Notes: generated by a model not told the origin, from the letters alone. A stretch of 64,000 nt of DNA from Bacteroidota bacterium (GCA_041192805.1 JBEEMF010000069.1:4838-68837); one strand, 5' to 3'; counted from the first letter of the stretch, positions 28,551-38,980 are shown. Made by a program: numbers and translations.

Positions 28551-30143
28551 ATGGACGAGAACACAAGCCTCCGAAACACACGTAAAAGAGTTAATGTACC
28601 TAAAATCATCGGTCCCGATGCCAGTGGTCGCATGCCTCCAAATGCGCGAGAATTGGAAGAGGCCGTGCTTGGAGCGATGATGTTGGAGCGCGAAAAAATT
28701 CACACCGCTATAGAAATCCTAACAGACGGTCACTTTTATGCACCAGAAAATGGAAAAATCTTTAAGGCTATTTATAAATTATACAACGAAGGCGGTGCGG
28801 TGGATTTACTTACCGTTGCCAACGAACTTCGCAATAACAACGAATTAGATATCATTGGCGGTGCATATTATTTAGCCACCCTAACCAGTAAAGTATCCTC
28901 GGCGGCTAATCTCGATTACCACTCCAGAATTCTGACACAGAAATATGTGCAACGCGAACTCATTCGGGTGGCTGGAGAAATTTCTTTGGACGCTTACGAC
29001 GACGCCTTGGATTCATTTGAAATGCTTGATGATTGCGAACGTAAGTTGTATGAAATCAAAAATGCGGGTTTAAAGCGCAGTTATCAAGGAATCGATCAGT
29101 TATTGCAGCGGGCGATGAAAGATTTGGAAGCCAGACAGGCCACCGATAATTCAGGAATCACAGGCGTTGCCACCGGCTTTAGTGATCTAGATAGAATTAC
29201 CAGCGGATGGCAATCCTCCGATTTGATCATCCTTGCCGCCCGTCCGGCGATGGGTAAAACAGCCTTCGCCTTGAGTTTGATACGTAATGCCGCGGTTGAC
29301 TTTGGCAAAAAAGTCATAATCTTCTCTTTGGAGATGGCCGATGTTCAGCTGGTCAATCGTTTAATGAGCGGCGAGGCCGAAATCGAATCAGACAAAATCA
29401 AAAAGAGCAACCTAACTGATCAGGAATGGCAGCGTTTGCACGATAAAACTGCACTTCTAAGTTCTTCAAGTATTTTCATCGACGATACGCCGCAGTTGAG
29501 CATTTTTGATTTAACGGCAAAATGTAGACGGATACACTCCCAAGGCGGATTGGACCTAGTTGTTGTGGACTATTTGCAGTTATTGCGCCATGAAACCAAA
29601 GGACAAGGCAATCGTGAACAAGAAATTGCATTCATTTCACGGGCACTTAAAGGCTTAGCCAAAGAGTTGAAAATCCCTGTCATCGCACTGGCACAGTTAA
29701 GTCGTGAAGTGGAAAAACGCGGCAACAAACGGCCTCAACTTTCAGATTTGCGTGAATCAGGCTCCATTGAACAAGATGCGGATATGGTTATGTTCTTATA
29801 CCGCGATGAATATTACCAAAAAATGGGCATGAACGAGCCCGGCGCACAATCAGCACCAAGCGAAAGCCCAGGTAGTGCAATTGCAGGATTAACCGAGATT
29901 ATCATTGGAAAAAACCGACATGGCGAAACGGGATCTGCTTTTGCCAAGTTCATCGGACAGTATTCAAAATTTGTAGATTTGGATCCGCAAGACCGAATGA
30001 TGCTAGACAATAAGGGGGGGGATTTCAACTTCTATCAACCTCAGAGTGTTACAGTCCAGAGTAAGATGAATGCAGGATCGCCTTTCACGGAAGACAATGG
30101 CTGGAATTCAGGCTTTACACCCAATATCACTGAGGATTTTTAA
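28551..30143 (+). CDS. dnaB: Replicative DNA helicase DnaB (with ~70-aa C-terminal extension)
   Basis: Start chosen at MDENTSLRN. ...ELEEAVLGAMMLE... N-domain; Walker A ...ARPAMGKTAFAL...; RecA-like core. A G8 homopolymer sits inside the coding region at ~30012-30019. Confidence 0.92.
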   Translation: MDENTSLRNTRKRVNVPKIIGPDASGRMPPNARELEEAVLGAMMLEREKIHTAIEILTDGHFYAPENGKIFKAIYKLYNEGGAVDLLTVANELRNNNELDIIGGAYYLATLTSKVSSAANLDYHSRILTQKYVQRELIRVAGEISLDAYDDALDSFEMLDDCERKLYEIKNAGLKRSYQGIDQLLQRAMKDLEARQATDNSGITGVATGFSDLDRITSGWQSSDLIILAARPAMGKTAFALSLIRNAAVDFGKKVIIFSLEMADVQLVNRLMSGEAEIESDKIKKSNLTDQEWQRLHDKTALLSSSSIFIDDTPQLSIFDLTAKCRRIHSQGGLDLVVVDYLQLLRHETKGQGNREQEIAFISRALKGLAKELKIPVIALAQLSREVEKRGNKRPQLSDLRESGSIEQDADMVMFLYRDEYYQKMGMNEPGAQSAPSESPGSAIAGLTEIIIGKNRHGETGSAFAKFIGQYSKFVDLDPQDRMMLDNKGGDFNFYQPQSVTVQSKMNAGSPFTEDNGWNSGFTPNITEDF

Positions 30144-30160
30144 CGAACTTTATTCATTAA

Positions 30161-30200
30161 ACAGAAAGGGCCGACGATCGTCGGCCCTTTCTGTTATTTA
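30161..30200. terminator. Bidirectional rho-independent terminator between dnaB (+) and htrA (-)
   Basis: 15-bp perfect stem acagaaagggccgac-gatc-gtcggccctttctgt at 30161-30194, flanked by A/T-rich runs on both sides. Confidence 0.75.
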
Positions 30201-30214
30201 AAAATCTTTTCAAA

Positions 30215-31723
30215 TCAATCCTTTCGTGGCAACTTCACCGCAAAAACGCGCTCTTTTTTATCGGCAGCAAATCCCTCAATGGTGATCGCGCCCGACAAAG
30301 ACTTCAACAAAGTGCTGGCTCCTTTTGCAGAATAAACCGGCTCATTGTTGATGTGCGTAATCACAAATCCGGCTGGAATTCCCGCATCCTTGAATAATCC
30401 TTTGTCTAAGGCCGTTACCTTCACGCCCGACTTCACGCCCAACGCGAGCTTTTCCTCCCTCGTTACATTGTCCATCTTCATACCTAAATAAGCATCGCTC
30501 ACTTCTGCTTCCGCTACCTCCAACTTGGCCTTTCCATCCGCATTTAACAACGTAGCCTCGATATCCATTACCCCACTCTTACGTCGTACCGTAATCACAA
30601 CCTTATCCCCAGGACGATATTTCCCAACCTCCTCTTGCAATCTCGACGAGGTATTCACTTCGATGCCAGCCACTTTCAAAATCACATCGCCCTTCTTGAT
30701 GCCCGCCTTCTCACCCGCACCGTTTTCAACTACTTCGGCCACATAAACCCCTTTCAAGTCCTTCAACCCCTGCGCATCTGCAAGTTCTTGAGAAATTTCT
30801 TGAATCGATACGCCCAACAGCGCCCTTTGCACCTTGCCATACTTCATGATATCGTTCACCACCTTCTTCACCAAATTCACCGGCACTGCAAAACCATATC
30901 CGGCATAACTACCTGTTTCAGAGGCAATTGCCGTATTTATCCCCACCAATTCACCCGCCGTATTAACCAAAGCCCCGCCAGAATTACCTGGATTGATCGC
31001 TGCATCGGTCTGAATGAAATTCTCAATCGCATATTTGTTGCCCTTGCTCCTCAACAAATCAATATTTCTACCCATCGCACTCACAATTCCCAATGTCACC
31101 GTGCTATTTAAGTTAAATGGATTTCCAACAGCAACCACCCACTGACCCACTTTCACCTCATCCGAATTACCCAATTTCAAAAACGGCAACCCCTTTTCTC
31201 CGATACGCAACAAAGCGATGTCCGTATTTGGATCCGTCCCAACCAACTCCGCCACGTAAGTTCTTTTGTCGTTCAAAACCACTTCGATTTTCGATGCGCC
31301 GTCGATCACGTGGTTATTTGTCACCACAAAACCATCATCGCTCAAAATCACCCCTGAGCCGCTGGCCTGACGTGGACCTTGCTGCTGAAACTCCATCCCT
31401 GGACCCCCGCGAAAAAACTCAAAAGGATCCACCGGCATTTGCTGCTGTCGATTCCCCTCACCCATCGCATTGCCCCCAGAAATCGTAGATTTAATATGCA
31501 CTACGGCGGGATTTGCAATCTCAGATACACCCGTAAAATCAAATGCTGGAACTGCGTTTAAACTTGCATATCTAGCCAACTGACCAGAAGCGTTTTGTTT
31601 TTCTTCGATGGTTGTAGCTTGATTAGAGGCAACAACCATGTAACCACCCAAACTGGCAACGCCACCGGCCACACCAGCCAAAACAAGGGTTAAAATTTTG
31701 TGTTTGTCTAATAACTGTTTCAT
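30215..31723 (-). CDS. HtrA/DegP-family (Do) periplasmic serine endopeptidase with two PDZ domains
   Basis: Signal/TM at the N-terminus, a trypsin-like core (...GNSGGALVN...) and two PDZ-like regions. 502 aa, Do family. Confidence 0.9.
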   Translation of the reverse strand: MKQLLDKHKILTLVLAGVAGGVASLGGYMVVASNQATTIEEKQNASGQLARYASLNAVPAFDFTGVSEIANPAVVHIKSTISGGNAMGEGNRQQQMPVDPFEFFRGGPGMEFQQQGPRQASGSGVILSDDGFVVTNNHVIDGASKIEVVLNDKRTYVAELVGTDPNTDIALLRIGEKGLPFLKLGNSDEVKVGQWVVAVGNPFNLNSTVTLGIVSAMGRNIDLLRSKGNKYAIENFIQTDAAINPGNSGGALVNTAGELVGINTAIASETGSYAGYGFAVPVNLVKKVVNDIMKYGKVQRALLGVSIQEISQELADAQGLKDLKGVYVAEVVENGAGEKAGIKKGDVILKVAGIEVNTSSRLQEEVGKYRPGDKVVITVRRKSGVMDIEATLLNADGKAKLEVAEAEVSDAYLGMKMDNVTREEKLALGVKSGVKVTALDKGLFKDAGIPAGFVITHINNEPVYSAKGASTLLKSLSGAITIEGFAADKKERVFAVKLPRKD

Positions 31724-31839
31724 GTGCGTTCTTGAATCAAATTTTGTACCGAATATTAACGCAGTTTAGGTGTAGTTCGTTTACTTTGTACTACGAAGGA
31801 TTTACCTTTATCGATGAAAGCGTATTAAGCCCCTGTGCA

Positions 31840-32418
31840 ATGCCAAATCAAACCCGAAAAGACACCGAAATTGTTGCGCGCATCCATGAAGGAGACCGCG
31901 AGGTGCTGATTGATTTGTACAAGCAATACGAGGCCATGATTTCTAATCACGTATTTCAAAACTCAGGAAATGAAGACGATGCCAAAGATGTTTTGCAAGA
32001 CACCTTGGTTGCGCTGTGGCAAAATGTCAGAAAACCCCATTTCGAACTGACAGTTCAGCTGTCGACCTACCTTTTCGCCATCGCCAAAAACACCTGGCTC
32101 AAACAATTGGACAAGAGAAAACGATTGAAAGGCGAAAACTACATCACCGGAAAAGAAATTGCCGACTCTCCCAATGTGGGTCAGCAAATGGATTATAACA
32201 TCGTACGAAAAGCGATGGAATCTTTACAAGATAAATGTCGTAACATATTGATTATGTTTTACTTTGACGGCTTCGACATGAAGACCATTGCCGCGGCGAA
32301 CGGCTTGGCCAGTGCCTCGGTTGCCAAAGCAAAAAAATACCAATGTCTCAAAGGGCTTGAAGGAATCATCAAACAGAATTATAGCGCAAGCGATTTTTAC
32401 TTGAATACTGAATCTTAA
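31840..32418 (+). CDS. ECF (sigma-70 family group IV) RNA polymerase sigma factor
   Basis: Start chosen at MPNQTRKD (ATG 31840). Region 2 ...DAKDVLQDTLVALWQN... and region 4 ...IAAANGLASASVAKAKKYQCLKGL.... Divergent from htrA with a ~116-bp gap. Confidence 0.88.
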   Translation: MPNQTRKDTEIVARIHEGDREVLIDLYKQYEAMISNHVFQNSGNEDDAKDVLQDTLVALWQNVRKPHFELTVQLSTYLFAIAKNTWLKQLDKRKRLKGENYITGKEIADSPNVGQQMDYNIVRKAMESLQDKCRNILIMFYFDGFDMKTIAAANGLASASVAKAKKYQCLKGLEGIIKQNYSASDFYLNTES

Positions 32419-32423
32419 AATCA

Positions 32424-33434
32424 ATGCCTACCATGAACCTCAACGACCCACGCATCGAAAGTTATCTCAACCAAGAAATGAGCGAGGTTGATGCGCAGAA
32501 TTTTGAGCGGGAGGCAAAGGAAAACCCTGAAGTGTGGAATCATATTCAGTTTCAGCAATTCATGATTCAGGGGATTTGCGAGGAGGGCGCTGCGGAGCTT
32601 AAGGATTTTATCGCCAATCGGATCACAGAGGAGGTAGAAGACGATTTCACCAGCAGAAACATTTGGTGGTCGGTAGCCGCTACGCTGATCATCTTGGCGG
32701 TGGGTTTGGGCGTTACGTATAAATTCCAGTGGCTCGATGGTGAAGCAAAAAGTGTGGTGGCTAAAAACGATGTGAATCAAGGGTCAGAAAAATCGGCTTT
32801 GCAAAAACTTGAGCCTCAGCTCAATGAATCCGATGAATCGAAATCTAAATCGGCGGCGGATACTTTCCTAATGCCTGAAATCATCGCGGACAACGAAGAA
32901 TCTAGTGATGCGATGGTAGAAGCGCCAATGAATGAAGACGTTTATGCGTCACCGTTGAAAGACGATAAGCGGTCAGATATGGGCCGTCAAATGGATGGAT
33001 TGGATAAAAACAAGGAAATAAGATCTGTAAATGTTGCACCATTTATTGTATCAGCCATTGAATTAAATAGCAATCCTCGTTCTAAAGTGAGTGTCGCCGA
33101 GGGCAAAGTAGAGATCTCAAAACCGAACGCAAAAAGAAAGACCGAAACATCTATCAACAGCGATAGTATCGTGGGCACCAAGCAATTTCTAATCACTTTA
33201 AGCGAGCAATCGGGGATTACCAAACCGCGAGTCTTTATGGGTGGACAGGCCAATGGCAAAATCAACCTTACCCTCTGGAATGCGGGCACATCCGACATCC
33301 TCATTTTCCATTTGGGCGATGAATACTACCTACAATTGGGCAATGATTTTTACTACCTACCTTTGATACCGGGTTCGACAACAAATTTAAAACCAGTTGC
33401 TGATCGGGCCATTTTGGAAAAATTGAAACAATGA
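32424..33434 (+). CDS. Putative anti-sigma factor (single-pass membrane protein downstream of the ECF sigma)
   Basis: N-terminal cytoplasmic region ...YLNQEMSEVDAQNFEREAKENPEV..., a single TM WWSVAATLIILAVGLGVTY, and a periplasmic C-terminal domain. The position and topology fit an anti-sigma; there is no zinc-finger motif. Confidence 0.55.
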   Translation: MPTMNLNDPRIESYLNQEMSEVDAQNFEREAKENPEVWNHIQFQQFMIQGICEEGAAELKDFIANRITEEVEDDFTSRNIWWSVAATLIILAVGLGVTYKFQWLDGEAKSVVAKNDVNQGSEKSALQKLEPQLNESDESKSKSAADTFLMPEIIADNEESSDAMVEAPMNEDVYASPLKDDKRSDMGRQMDGLDKNKEIRSVNVAPFIVSAIELNSNPRSKVSVAEGKVEISKPNAKRKTETSINSDSIVGTKQFLITLSEQSGITKPRVFMGGQANGKINLTLWNAGTSDILIFHLGDEYYLQLGNDFYYLPLIPGSTTNLKPVADRAILEKLKQ

Positions 33435-34279
33435 GTTTGGCATTTGTAAAATACGAAGGTGCGGGAAACGATTTTATTTTAATCGATAATCGCGGAGACG
33501 TTTGGCAGGATTACGTTGCCGCGTCTATTGCATCCACGGAATCTGAAAAATCACTGATCGCCAGATTATGTCATCCCAAATTTGGCATTGGCGCCGATGG
33601 CTTGATGCTATTGCAGGACAAGGAAGGCTACGACTTTGAGATGGTGTATTTCAACAGCGACGGTGGCAAGAGCAGCATGTGTGGCAATGGTGGCAGATGT
33701 ATTGCGGCTTGGGCTTTTTCTCTAGGCATCGGAAAATTGGAGAACCTTCTGAATTTTTGGGCGCCGGATGGCGCGCATACGGCGACACATTTACCTACAC
33801 CAACGCAGACCTCGCAACTACCAATGACAGAATGGATCTCATTGTCGATGAACGATGTCGATGCGATTCACGAACTCAACAATCATTCTTACGAATTGAA
33901 TACCGGATCGCCCCATTTTGTATCAATAAAATCAGAAGATATTCATCAGATCGACCTGATAGCTTGGGCACAAGGCATCCGATACAATGCACCATATACA
34001 GAGGCGGGGATTAATGTAAATGCAGTGAACATCTTAGACGACACTCACATTGCGATGCGCACCTACGAAAGGGGTGTTGAGGGCGAAACCTTGAGTTGCG
34101 GTACGGGAGTAACGGCCGCCGCATTAAGCCTTGCAACAATGAAATCCTTGGGCGGCGGCCTCATCCACGTATCAACGAGGGGCGGCGACCTATCGGTCGC
34201 CTTCAGCAGAAGCCCGAAGGGCTTCTGCAACATCCAGCTCCAAGGCCCCGCTAGATTGGTATTTTCCGGAATTTTATAA
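33431..34279 (+). CDS. dapF: Diaminopimelate epimerase
   Basis: MSLAFVKYEGAGNDFILIDNR... and ...CGNGGRCIAAWA... / ...SCGTGVTAAA... contain the two catalytic Cys motifs. It overlaps the anti-sigma stop by 4 nt. Confidence 0.9.
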   Translation: MSLAFVKYEGAGNDFILIDNRGDVWQDYVAASIASTESEKSLIARLCHPKFGIGADGLMLLQDKEGYDFEMVYFNSDGGKSSMCGNGGRCIAAWAFSLGIGKLENLLNFWAPDGAHTATHLPTPTQTSQLPMTEWISLSMNDVDAIHELNNHSYELNTGSPHFVSIKSEDIHQIDLIAWAQGIRYNAPYTEAGINVNAVNILDDTHIAMRTYERGVEGETLSCGTGVTAAALSLATMKSLGGGLIHVSTRGGDLSVAFSRSPKGFCNIQLQGPARLVFSGIL

Positions 34280-34281
34280 AT

Positions 34282-34312
34282 AAAAAAGAGGCCGCTTGCG
34301 CGGCCTCCTCAC
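34282..34312 (-). terminator. Hairpin terminator downstream of the minus-strand T9SS cargo gene (possibly bidirectional, also serving dapF)
   Basis: gaggccgc-ttgc-gcggcctc at 34288-34307, with an A6 run at 34282-34287 that gives a T-run on the minus strand. Confidence 0.65.
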
Positions 34313-34333
34313 TTAGTAGTTATTGAAACAAAA

Positions 34334-36946
34334 TTATTGAACGCAAACCTTTGCAGTTCCCTGCGTGTTTGCACCCTTCACAGAAGCGAAATAATATCCC
34401 TTCGCCATTCCTGTCAAATCAATCGCAAAATTGTTCTCACCCGCAACCACACTCACGGTGCGCGACAAAACAACTTTACCCTGCAAATTAATAACCGTCA
34501 ACATCGCAGTTTCTGAAACCTTACCCGTTAAACTCAATGTAGCCTTATCCGAAGTTGGGTTTGGATAAACAACCACCTTCAATGATGTATTGTCCTTCAA
34601 ATTCTTAGTACCTGTCATCAAGGTTCTGCTACGGAAGAATCCACGACCGTGAGTTCCCACATACATTGTCATACCTTCCCAAGGTCTCCACTCATAACCA
34701 CGAATTTCAAAAACAGGCACACGAGCCATACCGTCGTTTCCTTCAACCCATGTAGTTCCACCATCCTCAGTATACCAAACACCCAAATCTGTTGCCAACA
34801 CGATGCGCTTGCTATTGTCAACGTCTATTACCGCATCATACACAGGGAATGAAGGCAAATTGCCCGTAATGTTCTTCCACGTTACCGCAGCTCCACAAGC
34901 ATTGAATGATTCGTATACATAACTTGTATTTCCGTATCCACCCAAAGTGATAACTACGTGATTTTTATCCATTTGATCCACATTTACTGAAGTAATGGTA
35001 CGACCTGACAAACCTGATGGAGTGATATTCTTTTGAACGATAGGCGCTGGAATCTGCATCACCGTTGGATTTGCAGCCAAAGTAAATGTCGCAGCATTCA
35101 AGCTGTCCACACGAACCAAACGGCCGCTTTTACAAATAAACAAATTGTCTCCTTCAGGAGTATAGTCCATTTCAATAATTCTATCGTTGCCCAATGCGTT
35201 AGCAACCAAATACCAGCTTACGTTTTCAGCAAAATCGGTAGGGTTATTCGCCACCCATACTTCAGAGTTCTTAGCCAAATACAAACGAGATTTTTTTGGA
35301 CCAGACTCCCACAAGCAATAAGTAGTGTTAAAATCAGTTTGTGATTTTCCATCTTGACGGTCATCGAAGAATGTAGAGGTTGACTGACCGCTGTTTCCAC
35401 TGCGAACTACAGTTCCGTAATAGGTACATGCAAATACTGTTTTGGGGCTGAAGCGAGAAAACTCAACATCAAAACCATCACCGCCATAAATTTCAACGGA
35501 ATTTTTAGAAGGAACTCCGCCGAAAGAATTTCCAGTAAAATTGATCAAATGTGTACCGTTGTCCTGTGATCCACCCACAACATGACCCAATTCATTGGCT
35601 GCCACATTATAGAACTGCACTGTGTTAAATCCACGAGAGATGGGTGTCCAACTCTTGCGGTCTTTGCTACGAAACAATCCACCATCACAACCGACAATGA
35701 TTGAAGGAGGCGTTGTATTCATATCCCAAGTAATCAAGTGTTTGTCGGCATGTACATATCCAGTATTCCAGGCTGCATCAAATGTATTGGCTGTTTCTCT
35801 GTAACCATTCACATTATCCCATGTTGCCAAGTCAACACCACCCATATAAACCAAGTTCTTGTTTGTAGGATCAACACTCACTACGTTATCGTACCAACCT
35901 TGTCTGTTGGAACCAAAGATGTCTGTGATACTAGAGTAAGAAACCAACTTTGTCCAAGTCGCGCCGCCATCCGTTGTACGCAACAATCCACTAAATGCAC
36001 CCGTACCACTTGCACCCATCAAATACACATAATTTGGATCTTCAGGTGAAATCGCAAGCGAAGTACGTCCGCCAGTATTTACACTCGCATTCATTTGCTT
36101 CATCGCACCAGCACCATCCATTTTCAAAATAGAACCTGAACCGGTAGATGCCCACAAAACGCCATTTTTATCTATTTTCAATTCTTTGATAGAACCGACA
36201 CTAATTTTCTTTTGTGTTCCACCATTGTTGGTGAACTCGTAGATACCATCCTCAGTTCCTAGGTAAAATTTATCTTCCTTTGGATGCGCTACCATTGAAT
36301 TACACTGCATAAAACTAGCCGCACTAGTATTTGTCATTTTAGTAAACGATACACCACGACCGTCAGTACTCTTATATAGACCCGCACCCAAGAATGCAGG
36401 AGACCCATTTCTAGTTCCCGATAAGTTTACAAATCCACCTTCACCCGTACCGTAAAAAATGGTACCGCTCACGGTTTGTGCAATACATGTAACGTTCAAG
36501 TTTTCTTGACGATCATTTATTGGACTCCAGCTATTACCAGAAGATACAGAACGAAACAATCCACCACTCACACCACCGGCAAACCAAATATTGCCAGAAT
36601 CGCGGTGAATCAAAAATGCGCGAATACGACCCCCTACGTTGTCGGGACCCATCTCTTCCCACTTCAATGGCTTGTTAGCACGACGTGTCAAACGAATCGC
36701 ATCAGCTTGAACAATGGCTTCTTCAACCCACTCAGGTTCGATAGTGCCCGTAACTTCGTTCAAACGCATGCTGTAAACAGAACGAATCGCACCTTCAATG
36801 GAACGATGCTCGTGTTCTCCTTCGTTTTCTACTTTGCCAACCTTTAGAGATTGGGGCATTTCAGTGGGGATAGTTGCAACAAACAACGACATTCCCGCTA
36901 CCAATGTAGCTGAAGCTGAAAGGGTGAAAAAAGATTTTATGCTCAT
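34334..36946 (-). CDS. Secreted BNR/sortilin-like repeat protein with T9SS C-terminal sorting domain
   Basis: 870 aa; signal peptide; many T(T)DGGxTW-type repeats (TTDGGATWTKL, TEDGGTTWVEG, STDGRGVSFTKM). The last ~80 aa (...YPNPTSDKATLSLTGKV...GYYFASVKGANTQGTAKVCVQ) match the Por/T9SS type-A sorting-domain pattern. Confidence 0.75.
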   Translation of the reverse strand: MSIKSFFTLSASATLVAGMSLFVATIPTEMPQSLKVGKVENEGEHEHRSIEGAIRSVYSMRLNEVTGTIEPEWVEEAIVQADAIRLTRRANKPLKWEEMGPDNVGGRIRAFLIHRDSGNIWFAGGVSGGLFRSVSSGNSWSPINDRQENLNVTCIAQTVSGTIFYGTGEGGFVNLSGTRNGSPAFLGAGLYKSTDGRGVSFTKMTNTSAASFMQCNSMVAHPKEDKFYLGTEDGIYEFTNNGGTQKKISVGSIKELKIDKNGVLWASTGSGSILKMDGAGAMKQMNASVNTGGRTSLAISPEDPNYVYLMGASGTGAFSGLLRTTDGGATWTKLVSYSSITDIFGSNRQGWYDNVVSVDPTNKNLVYMGGVDLATWDNVNGYRETANTFDAAWNTGYVHADKHLITWDMNTTPPSIIVGCDGGLFRSKDRKSWTPISRGFNTVQFYNVAANELGHVVGGSQDNGTHLINFTGNSFGGVPSKNSVEIYGGDGFDVEFSRFSPKTVFACTYYGTVVRSGNSGQSTSTFFDDRQDGKSQTDFNTTYCLWESGPKKSRLYLAKNSEVWVANNPTDFAENVSWYLVANALGNDRIIEMDYTPEGDNLFICKSGRLVRVDSLNAATFTLAANPTVMQIPAPIVQKNITPSGLSGRTITSVNVDQMDKNHVVITLGGYGNTSYVYESFNACGAAVTWKNITGNLPSFPVYDAVIDVDNSKRIVLATDLGVWYTEDGGTTWVEGNDGMARVPVFEIRGYEWRPWEGMTMYVGTHGRGFFRSRTLMTGTKNLKDNTSLKVVVYPNPTSDKATLSLTGKVSETAMLTVINLQGKVVLSRTVSVVAGENNFAIDLTGMAKGYYFASVKGANTQGTAKVCVQ

Positions 36947-37081
36947 GTGATCAGTTTATTAATATTAAGGTACTTTACAAATTAAACATAGTGGGGTTAC
37001 TTTTCCAATTAAAATGGGCGAAATCCCTAAAAGAAAGTAGCAGATTTTAAACAAAAATCGCAAATCCGAAACCTTTACAAA

Positions 37082-37954
37082 TTAGAGCACATGCTTTTCG
37101 GCATGATAAGAGCTCCTCACCATCGGTCCGCTTTCCACAAAACGAAAACCCATGCTCAATCCCAACTCTTCCCAATGCTTGAATTTATCTGGGTGAACAT
37201 ACTCCTTGACATCCAAATGCATTTTTGTAGGTTGCAAATATTGGCCAAGTGTAAGCACATCGCAGCCATTCTCTCGCAAGTCTTCCATCAGCTGCTTCAC
37301 CTCATCGTCCGTCTCACCCAAACCGAGCATCGCACCCGATTTTGTGCGTCGTCCATATTCGCTCGTGCGCTTCGTTTGCTCCAAACTTCTGGCATATTTT
37401 GCCTGCGGCCTCACCATACGATACAAACGCTCCACAGTTTCCATATTGTGCGATGTTACTTCCGCACCGGCATCCAACACCATATATAACATGTCCCACT
37501 GCGACTTAAAATCGGGGATCAACGTTTCAATGGTGGTATCGGGGTTCAACAACTTCACCGCCTTAACCGTTTCCGCCCACACCGTAGCGCCTTTATCCTT
37601 TAATTCATCGCGGTTCACCGAAGTAATCACACAATGCTTAACCCCCATCAATTGAACAGCTTCCGCCACACGCATCGGCTCGTTCAAATCATATTCTCCC
37701 GGTCTACCCGTTGCCACCGCACAAAAACTACAACTGCGCGTACAAACGTTCCCCAAAATCATAAAAGTGGCCGTGCCCTCACCCCAACATTCGCCCATAT
37801 TTGGACAGCGACCGTCTTCGCAAATCGTGTGCAGTTTATGCTCCTTAACGATGCGTTTTACTCGCGTATAATTCTCACCGGTTGGCAAATCAATCTTTAA
37901 CCAAGAGGGCTTGGGCGTTCTTTTCTCTTTCGATACGATGGGTAACTCAATCAC
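37082..37954 (-). CDS. lipA: Lipoyl synthase
   Basis: ...[13 protein letters not shown]... and the radical-SAM ...[10 protein letters not shown]... motif. 290 aa. Confidence 0.95.
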   Translation of the reverse strand: MIELPIVSKEKRTPKPSWLKIDLPTGENYTRVKRIVKEHKLHTICEDGRCPNMGECWGEGTATFMILGNVCTRSCSFCAVATGRPGEYDLNEPMRVAEAVQLMGVKHCVITSVNRDELKDKGATVWAETVKAVKLLNPDTTIETLIPDFKSQWDMLYMVLDAGAEVTSHNMETVERLYRMVRPQAKYARSLEQTKRTSEYGRRTKSGAMLGLGETDDEVKQLMEDLRENGCDVLTLGQYLQPTKMHLDVKEYVHPDKFKHWEELGLSMGFRFVESGPMVRSSYHAEKHVL

Positions 37955-37982
37955 AGCTTATTTTTTTAGGAGACGATAAAAA

Positions 37983-38810
37983 TCAAGGTCGTTGGGTTGA
38001 TTTCAACTTCGATTCAAATCCGGCAGCAAATGTAACAAATAGTGCGGGGAAGAAGTTTCGATTCATTTCCGAACGATGCCAAATGGGCAGATTTTTTACA
38101 AATTTATCCGCCGATAGCCCTACGGAAAGTCGATTTGAAGCATTTCGATAACTCCCCCATTCGGCCGAAAACGACATAGAAGCACCGATCCCAGGAGTGA
38201 TATATCCATCTGCAAAACCCGCAGAATATCTCGCATTGCCACCTACCAGAGCCACATTATGAACTTTTGGATCATAGGCCACAGGGACGTACCCATCGGT
38301 GAGTGGCGCGGGTTGATAAAGCCATATATATAGAGGCCAAGAATAATTGAGCGGGATTTGACCGGCGAGGGTTATGTGCAGACCGAGGTCGGAACGACTT
38401 TGACGTTCACTGATTACATATACTTTTCCCACGGCGACATGTGCACAGACACTGTGATTGATTTTCTCGATCACAAATGGCTTGCTGCCTGGAAGTCGTT
38501 CGTTCATGACCTTAATCTCTCGCGGATCTTTAATAATTCCTAGGGATATAGATTGGAAATTGCGGAATTTCCCGGGCCTACCACTCAACGACAAAGTGTT
38601 AAGTAGTGGAGATTTTTTCTGCTGTCCGATCTTGGTGATGGCGTGCTCTCGCCAAAGCGAAATGTCATAGCCAAAATGTCGAACATTCACACCCATTCCG
38701 ATCATGTTTTGCGAGGATGGGTCGCCGGCAAGGGGCTGTGCCCCTGCCGGCGATGTGGATAACCCCACCAATCCGACAAGAAAACTAGCTGCCAACAAAC
38801 TTAAACCCAT
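37983..38810 (-). CDS. Hypothetical secreted protein (signal peptide), possibly outer-membrane-associated
   Basis: MGLSLLAASFLVGLVGLSTSPAGAQP signal peptide; no motif I recognise. It lies 28 bp upstream of lipA on the same strand. Confidence 0.45.
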   Translation of the reverse strand: MGLSLLAASFLVGLVGLSTSPAGAQPLAGDPSSQNMIGMGVNVRHFGYDISLWREHAITKIGQQKKSPLLNTLSLSGRPGKFRNFQSISLGIIKDPREIKVMNERLPGSKPFVIEKINHSVCAHVAVGKVYVISERQSRSDLGLHITLAGQIPLNYSWPLYIWLYQPAPLTDGYVPVAYDPKVHNVALVGGNARYSAGFADGYITPGIGASMSFSAEWGSYRNASNRLSVGLSADKFVKNLPIWHRSEMNRNFFPALFVTFAAGFESKLKSTQRP

Positions 38811-38980
38811 GAATCAAAGATAACTATCCCCACCCAAACCCAAAAATGCGTTTTAATGTAAAAAATCACTCCACTTTCTCCCACACACAGTAAAACCCTT
38901 GCTTTTCAATACTTTTATTCTATTTTTGAAGGGTCAAATACGTATCCATTTGCACAAAAGCCCACCCAAAAGCCCAAGTT

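Noticed and set aside
38961-38980. The cccacccaaaagcccaa segment just upstream of the GTGG repeats, as a possible inverted partner
   Set aside because: It is the complement orientation of the GTGG motif but lacks regular phasing. It is more likely chance than a second operator.
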